Source: Gemmatimonadales bacterium (GTDB lineage: Bacteria > Gemmatimonadota > Gemmatimonadetes > Gemmatimonadales > GWC2-71-9). Taken from it: a DNA stretch of 64,000 nucleotides. Positions 45,028 to 54,523 of this stretch are shown in pieces; the stretch's first letter is position 1; each line of letters begins with the position of its first letter. Under the pieces are notes generated by a model that was given only the letters and a program-made list of their open reading frames with translations, did not search any database and was not told where the DNA came from. Location: the NCBI GenBank assembly GCA_041615815.1, contig JBFJCP010000009.1, forward strand, positions 63,091 through 127,090. Reading direction: 5' to 3'. A program made the position numbers and the translations under genes.

Positions 45028-46082
45028 CAGTCCGTCCCGGCGGGCGCGGCACCCACGGACGGGACCGTGCCCTGATTCAGCACGATCAGCTCGCCGTCCT
45101 GCTCCTGGATCTCCATCCCGAAGTTGAGACCCTCGCGGCGGAGCATGTCGGCGATCTCACTCAGCGCTTTCTCACCGACGTTCTTCACCTTCAACATCTC
45201 GTCTTCCGTGTAACGGACGAGATCCCCCAACGTGCTGATGTTGGAGTTCTTCAGTGAGTTGATCGACCGAACGGAGAGCCCACAGTCGTCGATGGGCTTG
45301 GTGAGCAGATCTCGCAGCTCGGCGCTATCGCCTCCTCCCTCGCTCTCCACCGCGTCCGGCGCCATCGGGACGCGCCCGAAATCCATGAAGTAGCGAAAGT
45401 GCTCCTGGAGGAGCGCCGCCGCATAGGCCACCGCGTCCTCGGGGGAGATTGCGCCGTTGGTCTCCACCGACAGGTTCAAGCTGTCGAAGTCGGTCCGCTG
45501 CCCCACCCGCGTCTCGGCAACCGTGAAATTCGCTCGCCGAACGGGATTGTACACCGCATCGATGCGCACAACGTCCACGGGAAGCGAGCGGTCCACGTCG
45601 TGCTGTGACGCCTCGACGTACCCGCGTCCTTTGTTGACGTAGAACTCGCCCGTGATCTCCCGATCTTCCTGCAAAGTGAAGAGCACGTGATCGGGGAAGA
45701 CGACCCGCACGGATCCATGTGGCTCGAGATCCCCGGCGCGCACGGGGCCCGCTTTGTCCACCTTGAGGTGAACCACGGCCTCCTCCACGTCTTCCGCGAG
45801 AACGAGCGTACTGGACTTCAGCCGTTGGATGATCTGGTGAATATCCTCGACCACGCTCGGGACCGTCTGATGCTCGTGCACCACGCCCTCCAGGCGAAAG
45901 GCCCAGATGGCCGACCCAGGCAACGAGGAGAGCAACATGCGTCGCAGCGCGTTGCCGAGCGTGTAGCCGTATCCCCGCTCCAGCGGCTGGAGGCGAAACT
46001 CCGCCGCCGAGGGGATGTCTTCCCGCTTCGTCATTTCCACGACGTGCGGGCGAACCAATCCGGTCATGTCGATGCTAGGCAT
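45027..46082 (-). CDS. rpoA: RNA polymerase alpha subunit
   Basis: PLERGYGYTLGNALRR, RVGQRTDFD and LSVRSINSL motifs. Confidence 0.98.
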   Translation of the reverse strand: MPSIDMTGLVRPHVVEMTKREDIPSAAEFRLQPLERGYGYTLGNALRRMLLSSLPGSAIWAFRLEGVVHEHQTVPSVVEDIHQIIQRLKSSTLVLAEDVEEAVVHLKVDKAGPVRAGDLEPHGSVRVVFPDHVLFTLQEDREITGEFYVNKGRGYVEASQHDVDRSLPVDVVRIDAVYNPVRRANFTVAETRVGQRTDFDSLNLSVETNGAISPEDAVAYAAALLQEHFRYFMDFGRVPMAPDAVESEGGGDSAELRDLLTKPIDDCGLSVRSINSLKNSNISTLGDLVRYTEDEMLKVKNVGEKALSEIADMLRREGLNFGMEIQEQDGELIVLNQGTVPSVGAAPAGTD

Positions 46083-46083
46083 A

Positions 46084-46719
46084 TTACTTGGAATAGAGCT
46101 CCACGATGAGCTGCTCCTGGGCGGCAACGGGAATGGTGTCGCGTGTGGGCAGCTCCATGACTTTTCCAACGGCCTTATCAGGATCCACGTTGATCCAGGA
46201 GACGGGCACCGCCCGGGACAGGGCCTCCAGCGACGAGCGGATCATGGCGGCGTCGCGGCTCTTCTCGCGCACCCGCACCTCGTCCGTGGGTTTCACCGCG
46301 TAGGACGCGATGTTGACCGTCCGACCGTTCACTTCGATATGACGATGGCCGACCAGCTGGCGCGCCGCGTTGCGGCTGGGCGCAAATCCCATCCGGAACA
46401 CGATGTTGTCCAGGCGCGTCTCGAGCGCGATCAGTAGGTTGTCACCGGTCACACCAGGCAACACGCGTACGCGGTCGAACGTATTGCGGAACTGGCGCTC
46501 GGTCAGGCCGTAGATGCGCTTGACTTTCTGTTTTTCCCGCAACTGCTTGGAGTACTCCGAGGTCTTGCGGCGTCGGCTCATGGCCTGCCCGTGTTGACCC
46601 GGCGCATAGGCGCGACGCTCGATGGCGCACTTGTCCGTCAGGCACCGCGTGCCCTTCAGGAACAGCTTCGTGCCCTCACGGCGGCAGAGCTTACAGACGG
46701 GACCAGTGTGACGTGCCAT
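46084..46719 (-). CDS. rpsD: 30S ribosomal protein S4
   Basis: MARHTGPVCKLCRREG...QLREKQK...LETRLDN. Confidence 0.98.
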   Translation of the reverse strand: MARHTGPVCKLCRREGTKLFLKGTRCLTDKCAIERRAYAPGQHGQAMSRRRKTSEYSKQLREKQKVKRIYGLTERQFRNTFDRVRVLPGVTGDNLLIALETRLDNIVFRMGFAPSRNAARQLVGHRHIEVNGRTVNIASYAVKPTDEVRVREKSRDAAMIRSSLEALSRAVPVSWINVDPDKAVGKVMELPTRDTIPVAAQEQLIVELYSK

Positions 46720-46721
46720 CG

Positions 46722-47111
46722 TCAGACCCGCCGCTTCTTGGGCGGGCGGCATCCATTGTGCGGAATCGGCGTCACGTCACGAATCGACTTGACCTCCAAC
46801 CCCGCCGACACCAACGCTTGAATGGCAGACTCCCGCCCCGAGCCCGGACCCTGCACGCGAACGTGCACCCGTCGCACACCGAGATTCACCGCTTCCCGCG
46901 CACACTGCTCCGCGGCCACCGTAGCGGCAAACGAGGTGGACTTCTTGGATCCCTTGAAGCCCGACTTGCCCGCCGAGCCCCAAACGAGGGCGTTGCCCTG
47001 CAGGTCGGTGATGGTGACGAGCGTATTGTTGAATGTCGCCGTGATGTGGGCGATTCCCTCTGCCTCGACCACCTTCTTGCGGCGACTTCCCGAACTCTGT
47101 GCTTGCGCCAT
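46722..47111 (-). CDS. rpsK: 30S ribosomal protein S11
   Basis: TFNNT and [18 protein letters not shown] motifs. Confidence 0.98.
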   Translation of the reverse strand: MAQAQSSGSRRKKVVEAEGIAHITATFNNTLVTITDLQGNALVWGSAGKSGFKGSKKSTSFAATVAAEQCAREAVNLGVRRVHVRVQGPGSGRESAIQALVSAGLEVKSIRDVTPIPHNGCRPPKKRRV

Positions 47112-47112
47112 G

Positions 47113-47493
47113 TTACTTCTTGACCGCCTTCTTCTTGCCGGCGATGGGCCGCCGGGGACCCTTCTTCGTCCGGGCGTTCGTGTGCGTTCGTTGACCGCGC
47201 ACCGGCAAGTTCCGTTTGTGCCGCGTCCCCCGGTAGCTGCCGATGTCCATCAACCGCTTGATGTTCATCGCCACCTCCGTCCGCAGGGCACCCTCCACCT
47301 TGACCTGCCGCTCGATGGCCTGTCGGAGGCGCGCAACCTCAGCGTCGGTGAGGTCCCGGACACGGGTGTCCGGATTGACGGCCGTGTCGTCCAACACACG
47401 CCCGGCCGTCGAATCACCCACACCATAGATGTACGTCAAGGCGATCTCCACACGCTTCTCCCGCGGGAGATCCACACCTGCTATGCGGGCCAT
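47113..47493 (-). CDS. rpsM: 30S ribosomal protein S13
   Basis: [10 protein letters not shown]...[17 protein letters not shown]. Confidence 0.98.
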   Translation of the reverse strand: MARIAGVDLPREKRVEIALTYIYGVGDSTAGRVLDDTAVNPDTRVRDLTDAEVARLRQAIERQVKVEGALRTEVAMNIKRLMDIGSYRGTRHKRNLPVRGQRTHTNARTKKGPRRPIAGKKKAVKK

Positions 47494-47494
47494 A

Positions 47495-47611
47495 CTACCC
47501 CTGCCTCTGCTTGTGCTTGGGATTGCGCTTGCAGATGACTCGGGTGACACCACCCCGCCGAATCACCTTGCAGTGCTCGCAGATTGGCCGAACGCTGGAT
47601 CGTACCTTCAA
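47495..47611 (-). CDS. rpmJ: 50S ribosomal protein L36 (38 aa, TTG start; not in ORF track)
   Basis: Manual translation [38 protein letters not shown], ending 1 nt before rpsM. Confidence 0.96.
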   Translation of the reverse strand: MKVRSSVRPICEHCKVIRRGGVTRVICKRNPKHKQRQG

Positions 47612-47646
47612 AACGCCTCGCCTGGGATATTGCAATCGAGCCTAGC

Positions 47647-47675
47647 AATATAGAGGCGAGGTAAGCTCTCTGCAA
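47647..47675 (-). promoter_or_regulatory. sigma70-type promoter for the rpmJ-rplQ operon
   Basis: TTGCAG-17 nt-TATATT. Confidence 0.65.
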
Positions 47676-47751
47676 GCCTGGGGTTACGGCGGGTAGTGGG
47701 TCACCCACTACCGTTACGGCGGGTAATGGTCCAGGAAGTGGACCACGACCG

Positions 47752-48177
47752 TTACGGCGTGATCCGTACCTCCCGCAGCTGCCATTGGCCCTCCAACAGC
47801 CGGAACCCGAGGAACGCCGTCTCCTCCTGCAGGTCGTTCGTTCCCCGCACGACGTACCGTCTGAGCACCTCGGCGTACGCGTGGTCCGGGGCCAGTTGGC
47901 GCACCTCTCGCAGGGTGAACTCCCGCTCCTCCGACCGCTTGAGATACTGGCTCAGCAGTCGCGCCGCCTGACCCGGCCGCAACGACGCTGCCCGCGCCAC
48001 TCCCGGGATGTTCAGCCGCACAGTGTCACTGCGAGACACGAGCTGGTGGACGTCGTGAGCAAGCCACGCCAACCGAGCCCACTCCACGGCGTGATCGAGC
48101 GGGTCCTGCGCCAGAGCCGGACGCACCCCGACGGTCGACATTCCACTGATGAGTACCGCTACGAGAGCTCGTGACAT
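47752..48177 (-). CDS. exported hypothetical protein
   Basis: Signal peptide ending ALA|QD; overlaps the end of pyrF. Confidence 0.65.
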   Translation of the reverse strand: MSRALVAVLISGMSTVGVRPALAQDPLDHAVEWARLAWLAHDVHQLVSRSDTVRLNIPGVARAASLRPGQAARLLSQYLKRSEEREFTLREVRQLAPDHAYAEVLRRYVVRGTNDLQEETAFLGFRLLEGQWQLREVRITP

Positions 48178-48833
48178 AGTTCCTGATACACCGCTGCCGG
48201 GTTTTGTGCTCGGGTGATGGGCCGGCCCACCACCAAGTGGGTTGCCCCTGCCGCCGCGGCCTCCCGGGGCCCCGCTCGACGCCGTTGGTCGTCCGCCGGA
48301 ATGCGCGCCACGCGAATGCCCGGCGCCACAATCCAGCAATCCGGCCCAACCACCTCACGGACCCCGGCGACTTCAAGCGGCGACGCGACGATCGCGTGCA
48401 CGCCAGCCGCCGCAGCGTCCCGGGCCAACCGAACCACCTCTTGCGCCAGATCGATCTCGCGCCCCACCACCCGCTGATACCCTTCCGCCGTGTGGGAGGT
48501 CAAGACTGTCACGGCAGCGACCTTCGTCGAGGACGCCGCCCGCACCGCGGCCTCCACCATCTCATGTCCCCCGAGCGCATGGACCGTGACCAGCGCGATC
48601 CCGAGGGCCTCGGCACCTTCCACTGCCTGAGACACCGTGTGCGGAATATCGTGCCACTTGAGGTCCAAGAAGATGCGGATGCCCCGATCCTGGAGGTCCT
48701 TCACGACGTCGGGCCCACTCCGCACGAAGAGGACCGGGCCGATCTTCACCCAGCGCACGCCGTCGAGCCGATCCACCAACCGAAGCGCATCATCCCGGGT
48801 CGGAAGGTCCAACGCGACGATGATCTCAGCCAC
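48159..48833 (-). CDS. pyrF: orotidine-5'-phosphate decarboxylase
   Basis: IIVALD, FLDLKWHDIPHTV, PGIR, DDQRR and VVGRPI motifs. Confidence 0.96.
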   Translation of the reverse strand: MAEIIVALDLPTRDDALRLVDRLDGVRWVKIGPVLFVRSGPDVVKDLQDRGIRIFLDLKWHDIPHTVSQAVEGAEALGIALVTVHALGGHEMVEAAVRAASSTKVAAVTVLTSHTAEGYQRVVGREIDLAQEVVRLARDAAAAGVHAIVASPLEVAGVREVVGPDCWIVAPGIRVARIPADDQRRRAGPREAAAAGATHLVVGRPITRAQNPAAVYQELCHELS

Positions 48834-49689
48834 TTGCCCACGCCGCGGCGAGGCGTTCGGGAAGCCGTGGATCCGCGAGCGCCGCGGTCCCCACGGCCAC
48901 GAGCGTGGCACCGGCGTCGCGATACTGCGACACGTCTTCGGCTGTCCGGATGCCCCCGACCCCGATGATCGGAAGCTGCGTCGCGGACCGAACCGCTTGC
49001 GTGGCCAGTAACCCCACCGGCAGGAGCGCCGGTCCGCTCACCCCACCCTTGCCGAACCCCAGACGGGATCGGCGGACACCCGACGTCCCTTCGATTTCCC
49101 AGATGGTCCCCGGAATCGTATTCACCACCGTGAATCCGTCGGCGCCCGCCTCCGCCGCGACGGCCACGGTGCCCACCAGATCCGCTACCGTGGGCGGTAA
49201 CTTCACCACCAGTGGGAGCGACGTCGTCGCCCGACAACGGCGCACCAGATCTCCCAACACGCGGAGATCCTGGCAAAACTCCTCACCCCCACGCGCAGTG
49301 TTGGGACACGACACGTTGAGCTCCAGCGCGGCGAGCCAGTCTTCCCCACCCAACCGGCCCGCGACCTCCGCAAAATCGTCGGCGGTATTCCCGACGACGC
49401 TCACGAGCACCCGGGCCCGGCGCAGGGTGGCGCGTAACCAGGGAAGGTCGTGCGCCAACACGTGGTCGAGGCCCGGATTCGCGAGTCCGATGGCGTTGAG
49501 CATGCCCCCGCCGAACTCCGCGACGCGTGGCGCTGGATGCCCCGCTCGGAACTCGCGACTCACCGACTTGGTGACGATTCCACCCAAGGCCTCGAGGTCG
49601 ATGACCCCGGCCACCTCCCGACCAAAACCGGCCGTCCCCGCAGCCAGCAGGATGGGATTCTGGAACGTCGTGTTGAACGCGTGAATCAC
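48826..49689 (-). CDS. pyrD: dihydroorotate dehydrogenase (class 1)
   Basis: MLNAIGLANPG, ELNVSCPN, VVKL, GGVSGP and IGVGGI motifs. Confidence 0.94.
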   Translation of the reverse strand: MIHAFNTTFQNPILLAAGTAGFGREVAGVIDLEALGGIVTKSVSREFRAGHPAPRVAEFGGGMLNAIGLANPGLDHVLAHDLPWLRATLRRARVLVSVVGNTADDFAEVAGRLGGEDWLAALELNVSCPNTARGGEEFCQDLRVLGDLVRRCRATTSLPLVVKLPPTVADLVGTVAVAAEAGADGFTVVNTIPGTIWEIEGTSGVRRSRLGFGKGGVSGPALLPVGLLATQAVRSATQLPIIGVGGIRTAEDVSQYRDAGATLVAVGTAALADPRLPERLAAAWASG

Positions 49690-51092
49690 GGCTTCCCCGG
49701 TCGTCGGCCGTGTCGAATCACTTCATCCTCGGCACCCTCCTCCGGATACCGCGTCCGCCGAGCCCGCGCCGGCAGCTGGCCCACCTCCGGTTGGAGCGCC
49801 CGGCGAAGCGAATCCTCGACGACGACATACGCGGTCGTGGCCCGCCCCAGGATCGCGCGGCTGTAGGGGGAGTCGGGATACCGTTCCAGCACCCAGGCCA
49901 CCAGCTCCTGCGCCGCGGTCCGGTCCAGCCACGCAGCGGCCAGGAGCGCCTTGGGTGCAATGATGGATCCCGGATGATCGGCCGCCAGGCGTCGGAAGAG
50001 CGCCGCGGCGAGCCCCAGGGCGCCGAGCGAGTCGCGCAAACCCTCGGCGGCGACAAACATCTCGAGATCGTGTCCGTCCTTGGCCGCGGCGCCACTCAGG
50101 GCTGCAACGCGCTCGAGCACGCGCACGAATCGGGAGACATCAGCTCCGGCCCCTCGGGTCTCCGCCGCCCTGAGCGCCACCAACAGGATCGGCACGGTAT
50201 CGAGGGAGGCCGTGCGACGGGCCACCACCATGGCGGCCGTGCCGGCCGCCATCGTGCTCGCCACCGAGTCGGGTGCGGCCATCGCCGCGGCCCCAAATCG
50301 GGCCAGCGCCTGCGCCGAGTCCCCCACAGCGAGCCAGCGCCACCCATCTCCCGTGAGCAGGCGCGCCTCCGCGCCGCCCGTGAGTGGCGCCGCGTCGCGC
50401 AGCCTCTCGACGAGACCCGTCGCGAGCGTGGGGGAGCGCTTCCCCACGGAGTCCAGAATCGCCAACCATTGCGTTTCGTGGTACGTCCCGGCGCTTCGCT
50501 GTCCGAGAATCCGGGTCGCTTCGCCAACGTCACCCAGGCCCAGGTACGCCAAGGCAACCTCGAACGTCACGTCCACCGTCAGCGATTCCAGATCCCGCAG
50601 GGCGCTCCGATAATCCCTGCGCAGCAGATGGGCACGCCCGCGCCACTCACGCGCCTCGGCGCGGCGGGCTGGATCCGGGTGCGCCGCCTCGGCAGTGAGA
50701 ACGCCCACGGCGGAATCCCCCTCGCCCAGGGCCACCCAGCATTGGCCCAGCACCATGCGAGCGCGAGATCGCATGTCGGGTTCGGGACTGGAATCCGCAA
50801 CCGCGCTGAGAGGTGCCACCGCGGCCGCACAGTCCCCGGTCGCCGACAGGGCGCGGCCTTGAAGCAACAACGCGTCGTCCCGATGCCGACTCTCGGGATG
50901 CCGGACGGCCACCGATTCGGCCTTGACCGCCGCCTGTCCCCAGAGCGCTCGGGCCTCGTCCGGCCGACCCTCACGCTCCGCCCGGGACGCCTCGTCCGCG
51001 AGGCGGTTCGCGTTGTAGAGTGCGTTGTAGTACGCGCAGCCGGCGAGCACCGCGACCGCTCCGATCGTCCGGAGCGGTGTCGACAATGTCAC
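49686..51092 (-). CDS. TPR-like lipoprotein
   Basis: Lipobox LAGC followed by AYYNALYNA; Ala-rich helical repeats; YPDSPY near the C-terminus. Confidence 0.72.
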   Translation of the reverse strand: MTLSTPLRTIGAVAVLAGCAYYNALYNANRLADEASRAEREGRPDEARALWGQAAVKAESVAVRHPESRHRDDALLLQGRALSATGDCAAAVAPLSAVADSSPEPDMRSRARMVLGQCWVALGEGDSAVGVLTAEAAHPDPARRAEAREWRGRAHLLRRDYRSALRDLESLTVDVTFEVALAYLGLGDVGEATRILGQRSAGTYHETQWLAILDSVGKRSPTLATGLVERLRDAAPLTGGAEARLLTGDGWRWLAVGDSAQALARFGAAAMAAPDSVASTMAAGTAAMVVARRTASLDTVPILLVALRAAETRGAGADVSRFVRVLERVAALSGAAAKDGHDLEMFVAAEGLRDSLGALGLAAALFRRLAADHPGSIIAPKALLAAAWLDRTAAQELVAWVLERYPDSPYSRAILGRATTAYVVVEDSLRRALQPEVGQLPARARRTRYPEEGAEDEVIRHGRRPGKP

Positions 51093-52330
51093 GGTGTGGC
51101 TCCGGTGAGCACCTTCCGCTCGTATTGCTTGAGGTATTCCACGATCCCGTCCGCGATGGCCTCGGCGAGCCGACGCTGGCCATCCTGCGATGCCAGGAAC
51201 TGTGCATCGCGGCGATTCGTGGCGAAGCCGGCCTCCACGAGAATCGCTGGGCGGCGGGCTGTACTGAGAACTGCGAACTTCGCTTGCGACACGTGGCGGC
51301 CACCGCCGGGGTGGATACGGGCGGCCCGGAGTTGCACCAGCTGGGCGAGGGTGGCGGATTCCCGCAGGTACTCGTTCGCGTGGAGATCCTTGAGGATGAA
51401 CGCCACGGGATCCCCGTCTCCGGCTGGATCCTCGAGCTCGTAGCGCAGCGCTTCGTTCTCCATTCGAGCCACCCGTGCCGCGTCCGCCGTCCTGGCTTCA
51501 TCGAGGAAATAGGTCTCGAATCCTGCAACCTCGTCGAACCCGCGGCGGCGTGGCAGGCTGTTGAGGTGGATGCTGACGAAGAGATCACAGTCCTCGCGAC
51601 ACATTGGCCCACGCTCGAAGAGGTTGATGAGCGTGTCCGTGGTTCGCGTCATCACCACGGAGATCCCCCGTTCCCCGAGGGCAGTGCGCAGTCGCTTCGC
51701 GATCGCCAACGTGACGTGCTTCTCCTTCACTCCACGTGGGAGAAACAATCCGGGGTTCCCGGGATCGATGCCGCCATGTCCGGCATCCACAACCACCTTG
51801 TGTGCAGTCCGCAACCCAACGCGCCGGGCCGCCGGAGACGCCGGCTCCCCCACCGGTGCCGCCGGCCGTGCGACGCGCGCCGGCGCCGCGGACCGCCGTA
51901 CGACAGGCGTGAGTCGCGCGTCCTCGAACCGCGCCGCTACGGGATCATAGCGATACGCCTCCTCGAACACGCTGGGCACGTGAACGGTGAGCCATTGGAG
52001 CGGCACGAACATAGTGTCGCGAGCCACGTAGGCACCGCCGACCAGGGGTATCGATCGCCCGCTGAAGATGAGCACCGGCGCGTCGAGGAGAAAGCGAAAT
52101 GGCTGCTCGGCGAACCGCACCGTGACCCAGTCCCGATTGCCAGAGATCTCCGCGTCCACGGGGAGGAGACCTGCAAGAACCGGGAGTGCGAGCGCCGGAT
52201 GGCCGTGATGTTGAGCAACGGGCACAGGCGTCTCACCACGCACCGTGGCGACCACGATCGTACTCGGAGCGCTGGGATCCGCAGTGGGGCCGAGCCACAG
52301 GGTCGCGACGAGCACAACGCCACGCATCAT
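51089..52330 (-). CDS. N-acetylmuramoyl-L-alanine amidase (Amidase_3)
   Basis: VVDAGHGG, EKHVTL, FVSIHLNS and AILVEAGF motifs; signal peptide. Confidence 0.93.
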   Translation of the reverse strand: MMRGVVLVATLWLGPTADPSAPSTIVVATVRGETPVPVAQHHGHPALALPVLAGLLPVDAEISGNRDWVTVRFAEQPFRFLLDAPVLIFSGRSIPLVGGAYVARDTMFVPLQWLTVHVPSVFEEAYRYDPVAARFEDARLTPVVRRSAAPARVARPAAPVGEPASPAARRVGLRTAHKVVVDAGHGGIDPGNPGLFLPRGVKEKHVTLAIAKRLRTALGERGISVVMTRTTDTLINLFERGPMCREDCDLFVSIHLNSLPRRRGFDEVAGFETYFLDEARTADAARVARMENEALRYELEDPAGDGDPVAFILKDLHANEYLRESATLAQLVQLRAARIHPGGGRHVSQAKFAVLSTARRPAILVEAGFATNRRDAQFLASQDGQRRLAEAIADGIVEYLKQYERKVLTGATP

Positions 52331-52806
52331 GGGCGGCGCCCCATGGCCCGTGCGGCCTCGCGTTCGGCATCACGCCGCTTCAGGTCCTCTCGCTTGTCGT
52401 GGAGCTTCTTGCCCTGGGCCAGACCCAAGGTCACCTTGGCCCAGCCGTCGTTCAGATGCAGATCCAATGGCACCACCGTTAGCCCCTTGCGCTCGAGGCC
52501 CCCGATCAAGCGACGAATCTCGTGTCGGTGCATCAATAGCTTCCGCGGACGTGTCGGCTCATGATTGGCGTAGCCCCCTGACTCGTACGGCGTGATGTTC
52601 ATTCCTTCCAACCAGATCTCCCCTCGGCGGACCACGCCGTAGGCGCCCTTGAGACTGACTTTCCCGGCCCGGATCGACTTGATCTCGCTTCCGGTCAGGA
52701 CAAGACCGGCCTCCCACGTTTCCAGAATATGGTAGTCGTGGCGGGCCTTGGGGTTCCGGGCGACGATCCGCCCCGACGGCACTTGCTGCCTGGCTTTAGG
52801 TGACAC
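52327..52806 (-). CDS. smpB: SsrA-binding protein
   Basis: NPKARHDY, EAGLVLTGSEIKS, RKLLMH and GKKLHDKRE motifs. Confidence 0.97.
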   Translation of the reverse strand: MSPKARQQVPSGRIVARNPKARHDYHILETWEAGLVLTGSEIKSIRAGKVSLKGAYGVVRRGEIWLEGMNITPYESGGYANHEPTRPRKLLMHRHEIRRLIGGLERKGLTVVPLDLHLNDGWAKVTLGLAQGKKLHDKREDLKRRDAEREAARAMGRRP

Positions 52807-52817
52807 GAGCTAAGTCC

Positions 52818-52846
52818 AAGATAGAAAACCGCTTCGGGGCGGTCAA
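52818..52846 (-). promoter_or_regulatory. sigma70-type promoter for smpB
   Basis: TTGACC-17 nt-TATCTT, 11 nt upstream of the GTG start. Confidence 0.7.
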
Positions 52847-52996
52847 TGGCGAAAAGGCCCGGACGTGGAGCCCGTGGGCTGATCCGCCGCCGCACGCCGG
52901 GGGTCCGGCAGCCGCAGACTGCCCTTCACTCTCGACGCGGAATCGGACCCTATCGGGGAAGTCGGTTGGGAGAGGAGGGCTCGAGGTGCAGGCGGG

Positions 52997-54469
52997 TCAA
53001 CCGCCACACCGGCGTGGCTCGACCGCCGTCGAGGTTTCGGAAACGTGGGGGAGCTCGAAAAAGGACCCAAACCGCTCTTCATAGCCGGCCGGCCGATACT
53101 CCCCGGAGCCGGACTCCATCTCGTACGTGCCGCGATGCCCACCTCGGGCGATGTGGGCGAGCATCTCCGCGAGCCGATCGATATCCGCCGTCGTGTTGTA
53201 ACAGCCAAAGCTCGCCCGGACCATACCTGGCATGCTCGACTTGTCCCCCCTGGCCACTTGATCGCGCCACCGCGCCGCCTCGGCTTCGCTCAGATGCAGG
53301 AGATGCACCACGTACGGGTGCGCGCAGAAGCATCCGTGACGCACCCCGATCCCGCCTTCGTAGCCCAGGATGGCGGCAACCAGCGCATGCGGAACTTGGT
53401 CGACGTTGAAGGGGATGACTCCGACTTTGTCCTTGGACCGACGCGGGTCGGTCTCCCCGTAGATCGTGACGCCGGGGACGGCGCCGAGTCGCTCGAGGGC
53501 ATACGCGATGAGCTCATCCTCGTGAGCGGCGATCCGCTCCATGCCCACTTGCATCAGCACGCTGGCAGCCACGGCCATGGCGACGGCGCCAACGACGTTG
53601 GGACTGCCCGCTTCGTCCCGATCGGGAAGCCCGGCCCAGTACACGTCATCCACCGTCACCGCATCCACCGTTCCCCCCCCGCGGTATTCCGGTGGGGTTT
53701 CCAGGAAGACGCTCTTGGGCCCAATCAACGCCCCAGTCCCGAAGGGTGCGTACATCTTGTGGGCCGAGAGGGCGACGAAATCGAGATGCTCGGGATCCTC
53801 GTCCGGTTTCATCTCCACGCGGCGATGGGGCGCGAGTTGGGCGGCGTCCACCAGAATCCTCGCACCCACCGCGTGTGCCTTCCGCGCCAGGCGATGGATG
53901 GGCTGCACGAATCCGCTCACGTTGGAGGCGCCGCTCACGGCGACGAGCGCCACGCGGTCACCGAAGCGCTCCAGCTGCCGATCAAAGTCCTCCTCGTCCA
54001 GGCGACCTTCGGGCGTGGCCCCAACGTGCACGATCTGCGCTCTCGGCCGCCACGGGAGATCGTTGGAGTGGTGCTCGAGGAGGGAACAGATGACCACCGC
54101 GTCCTTGGGCAGTGCCAACCGGAAGCTCAGTTTGTTGATCGCTTCGGTCGTGTTCTTTCCAAAGATGACGGTGTTCGTACCGAGGTCCGCCCCAACGAAA
54201 GACCCGATGATGCGATGAGCCTGGTCGTACACCAGTGTGCTCAGCCGCGATTTGAACCCGGTCCCCCGGTGGACGCTGGAGTACAGCGGGAGAAACTGCT
54301 CTACGGCTCGAGCCACGTCCGCCAGCGGCGGCGTGCTCGCAGCGTTGTCGAGATTGAGATACGGAAGTCGGCGGCCGTCCAGTACCGGCACCTCGGTATC
54401 GACGCCGAGAATGCGATGGCGGAACTGCCCGCCAACACCGAGGCTCGTGGAAGTCGTCGCGTTCGCCAT
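52997..54469 (-). CDS. class V PLP aminotransferase, cysteine desulfurase-like
   Basis: LDNAAST, EHHSNDLPW, DAAQL, SAHKMYAPFGTG and RHGCFCAHP motifs. Confidence 0.9.
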   Translation of the reverse strand: MANATTSTSLGVGGQFRHRILGVDTEVPVLDGRRLPYLNLDNAASTPPLADVARAVEQFLPLYSSVHRGTGFKSRLSTLVYDQAHRIIGSFVGADLGTNTVIFGKNTTEAINKLSFRLALPKDAVVICSLLEHHSNDLPWRPRAQIVHVGATPEGRLDEEDFDRQLERFGDRVALVAVSGASNVSGFVQPIHRLARKAHAVGARILVDAAQLAPHRRVEMKPDEDPEHLDFVALSAHKMYAPFGTGALIGPKSVFLETPPEYRGGGTVDAVTVDDVYWAGLPDRDEAGSPNVVGAVAMAVAASVLMQVGMERIAAHEDELIAYALERLGAVPGVTIYGETDPRRSKDKVGVIPFNVDQVPHALVAAILGYEGGIGVRHGCFCAHPYVVHLLHLSEAEAARWRDQVARGDKSSMPGMVRASFGCYNTTADIDRLAEMLAHIARGGHRGTYEMESGSGEYRPAGYEERFGSFFELPHVSETSTAVEPRRCGG

Positions 54470-54523
54470 AGGGCTGTCAGTGGGTGCGAAGTCGTCCGAT
54501 CATGCCGCAGGTGTCATGCCACA

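Noticed and set aside
47683..47759. Mini-CRISPR array
   Set aside because: Repeats are only 9-13 nt, spacers are self-palindromic and no cas genes are present.
52850..52996. Possible ncRNA (tmRNA or 6S) near smpB
   Set aside because: No tRNA-like ends or tag frame; only weak end pairing.
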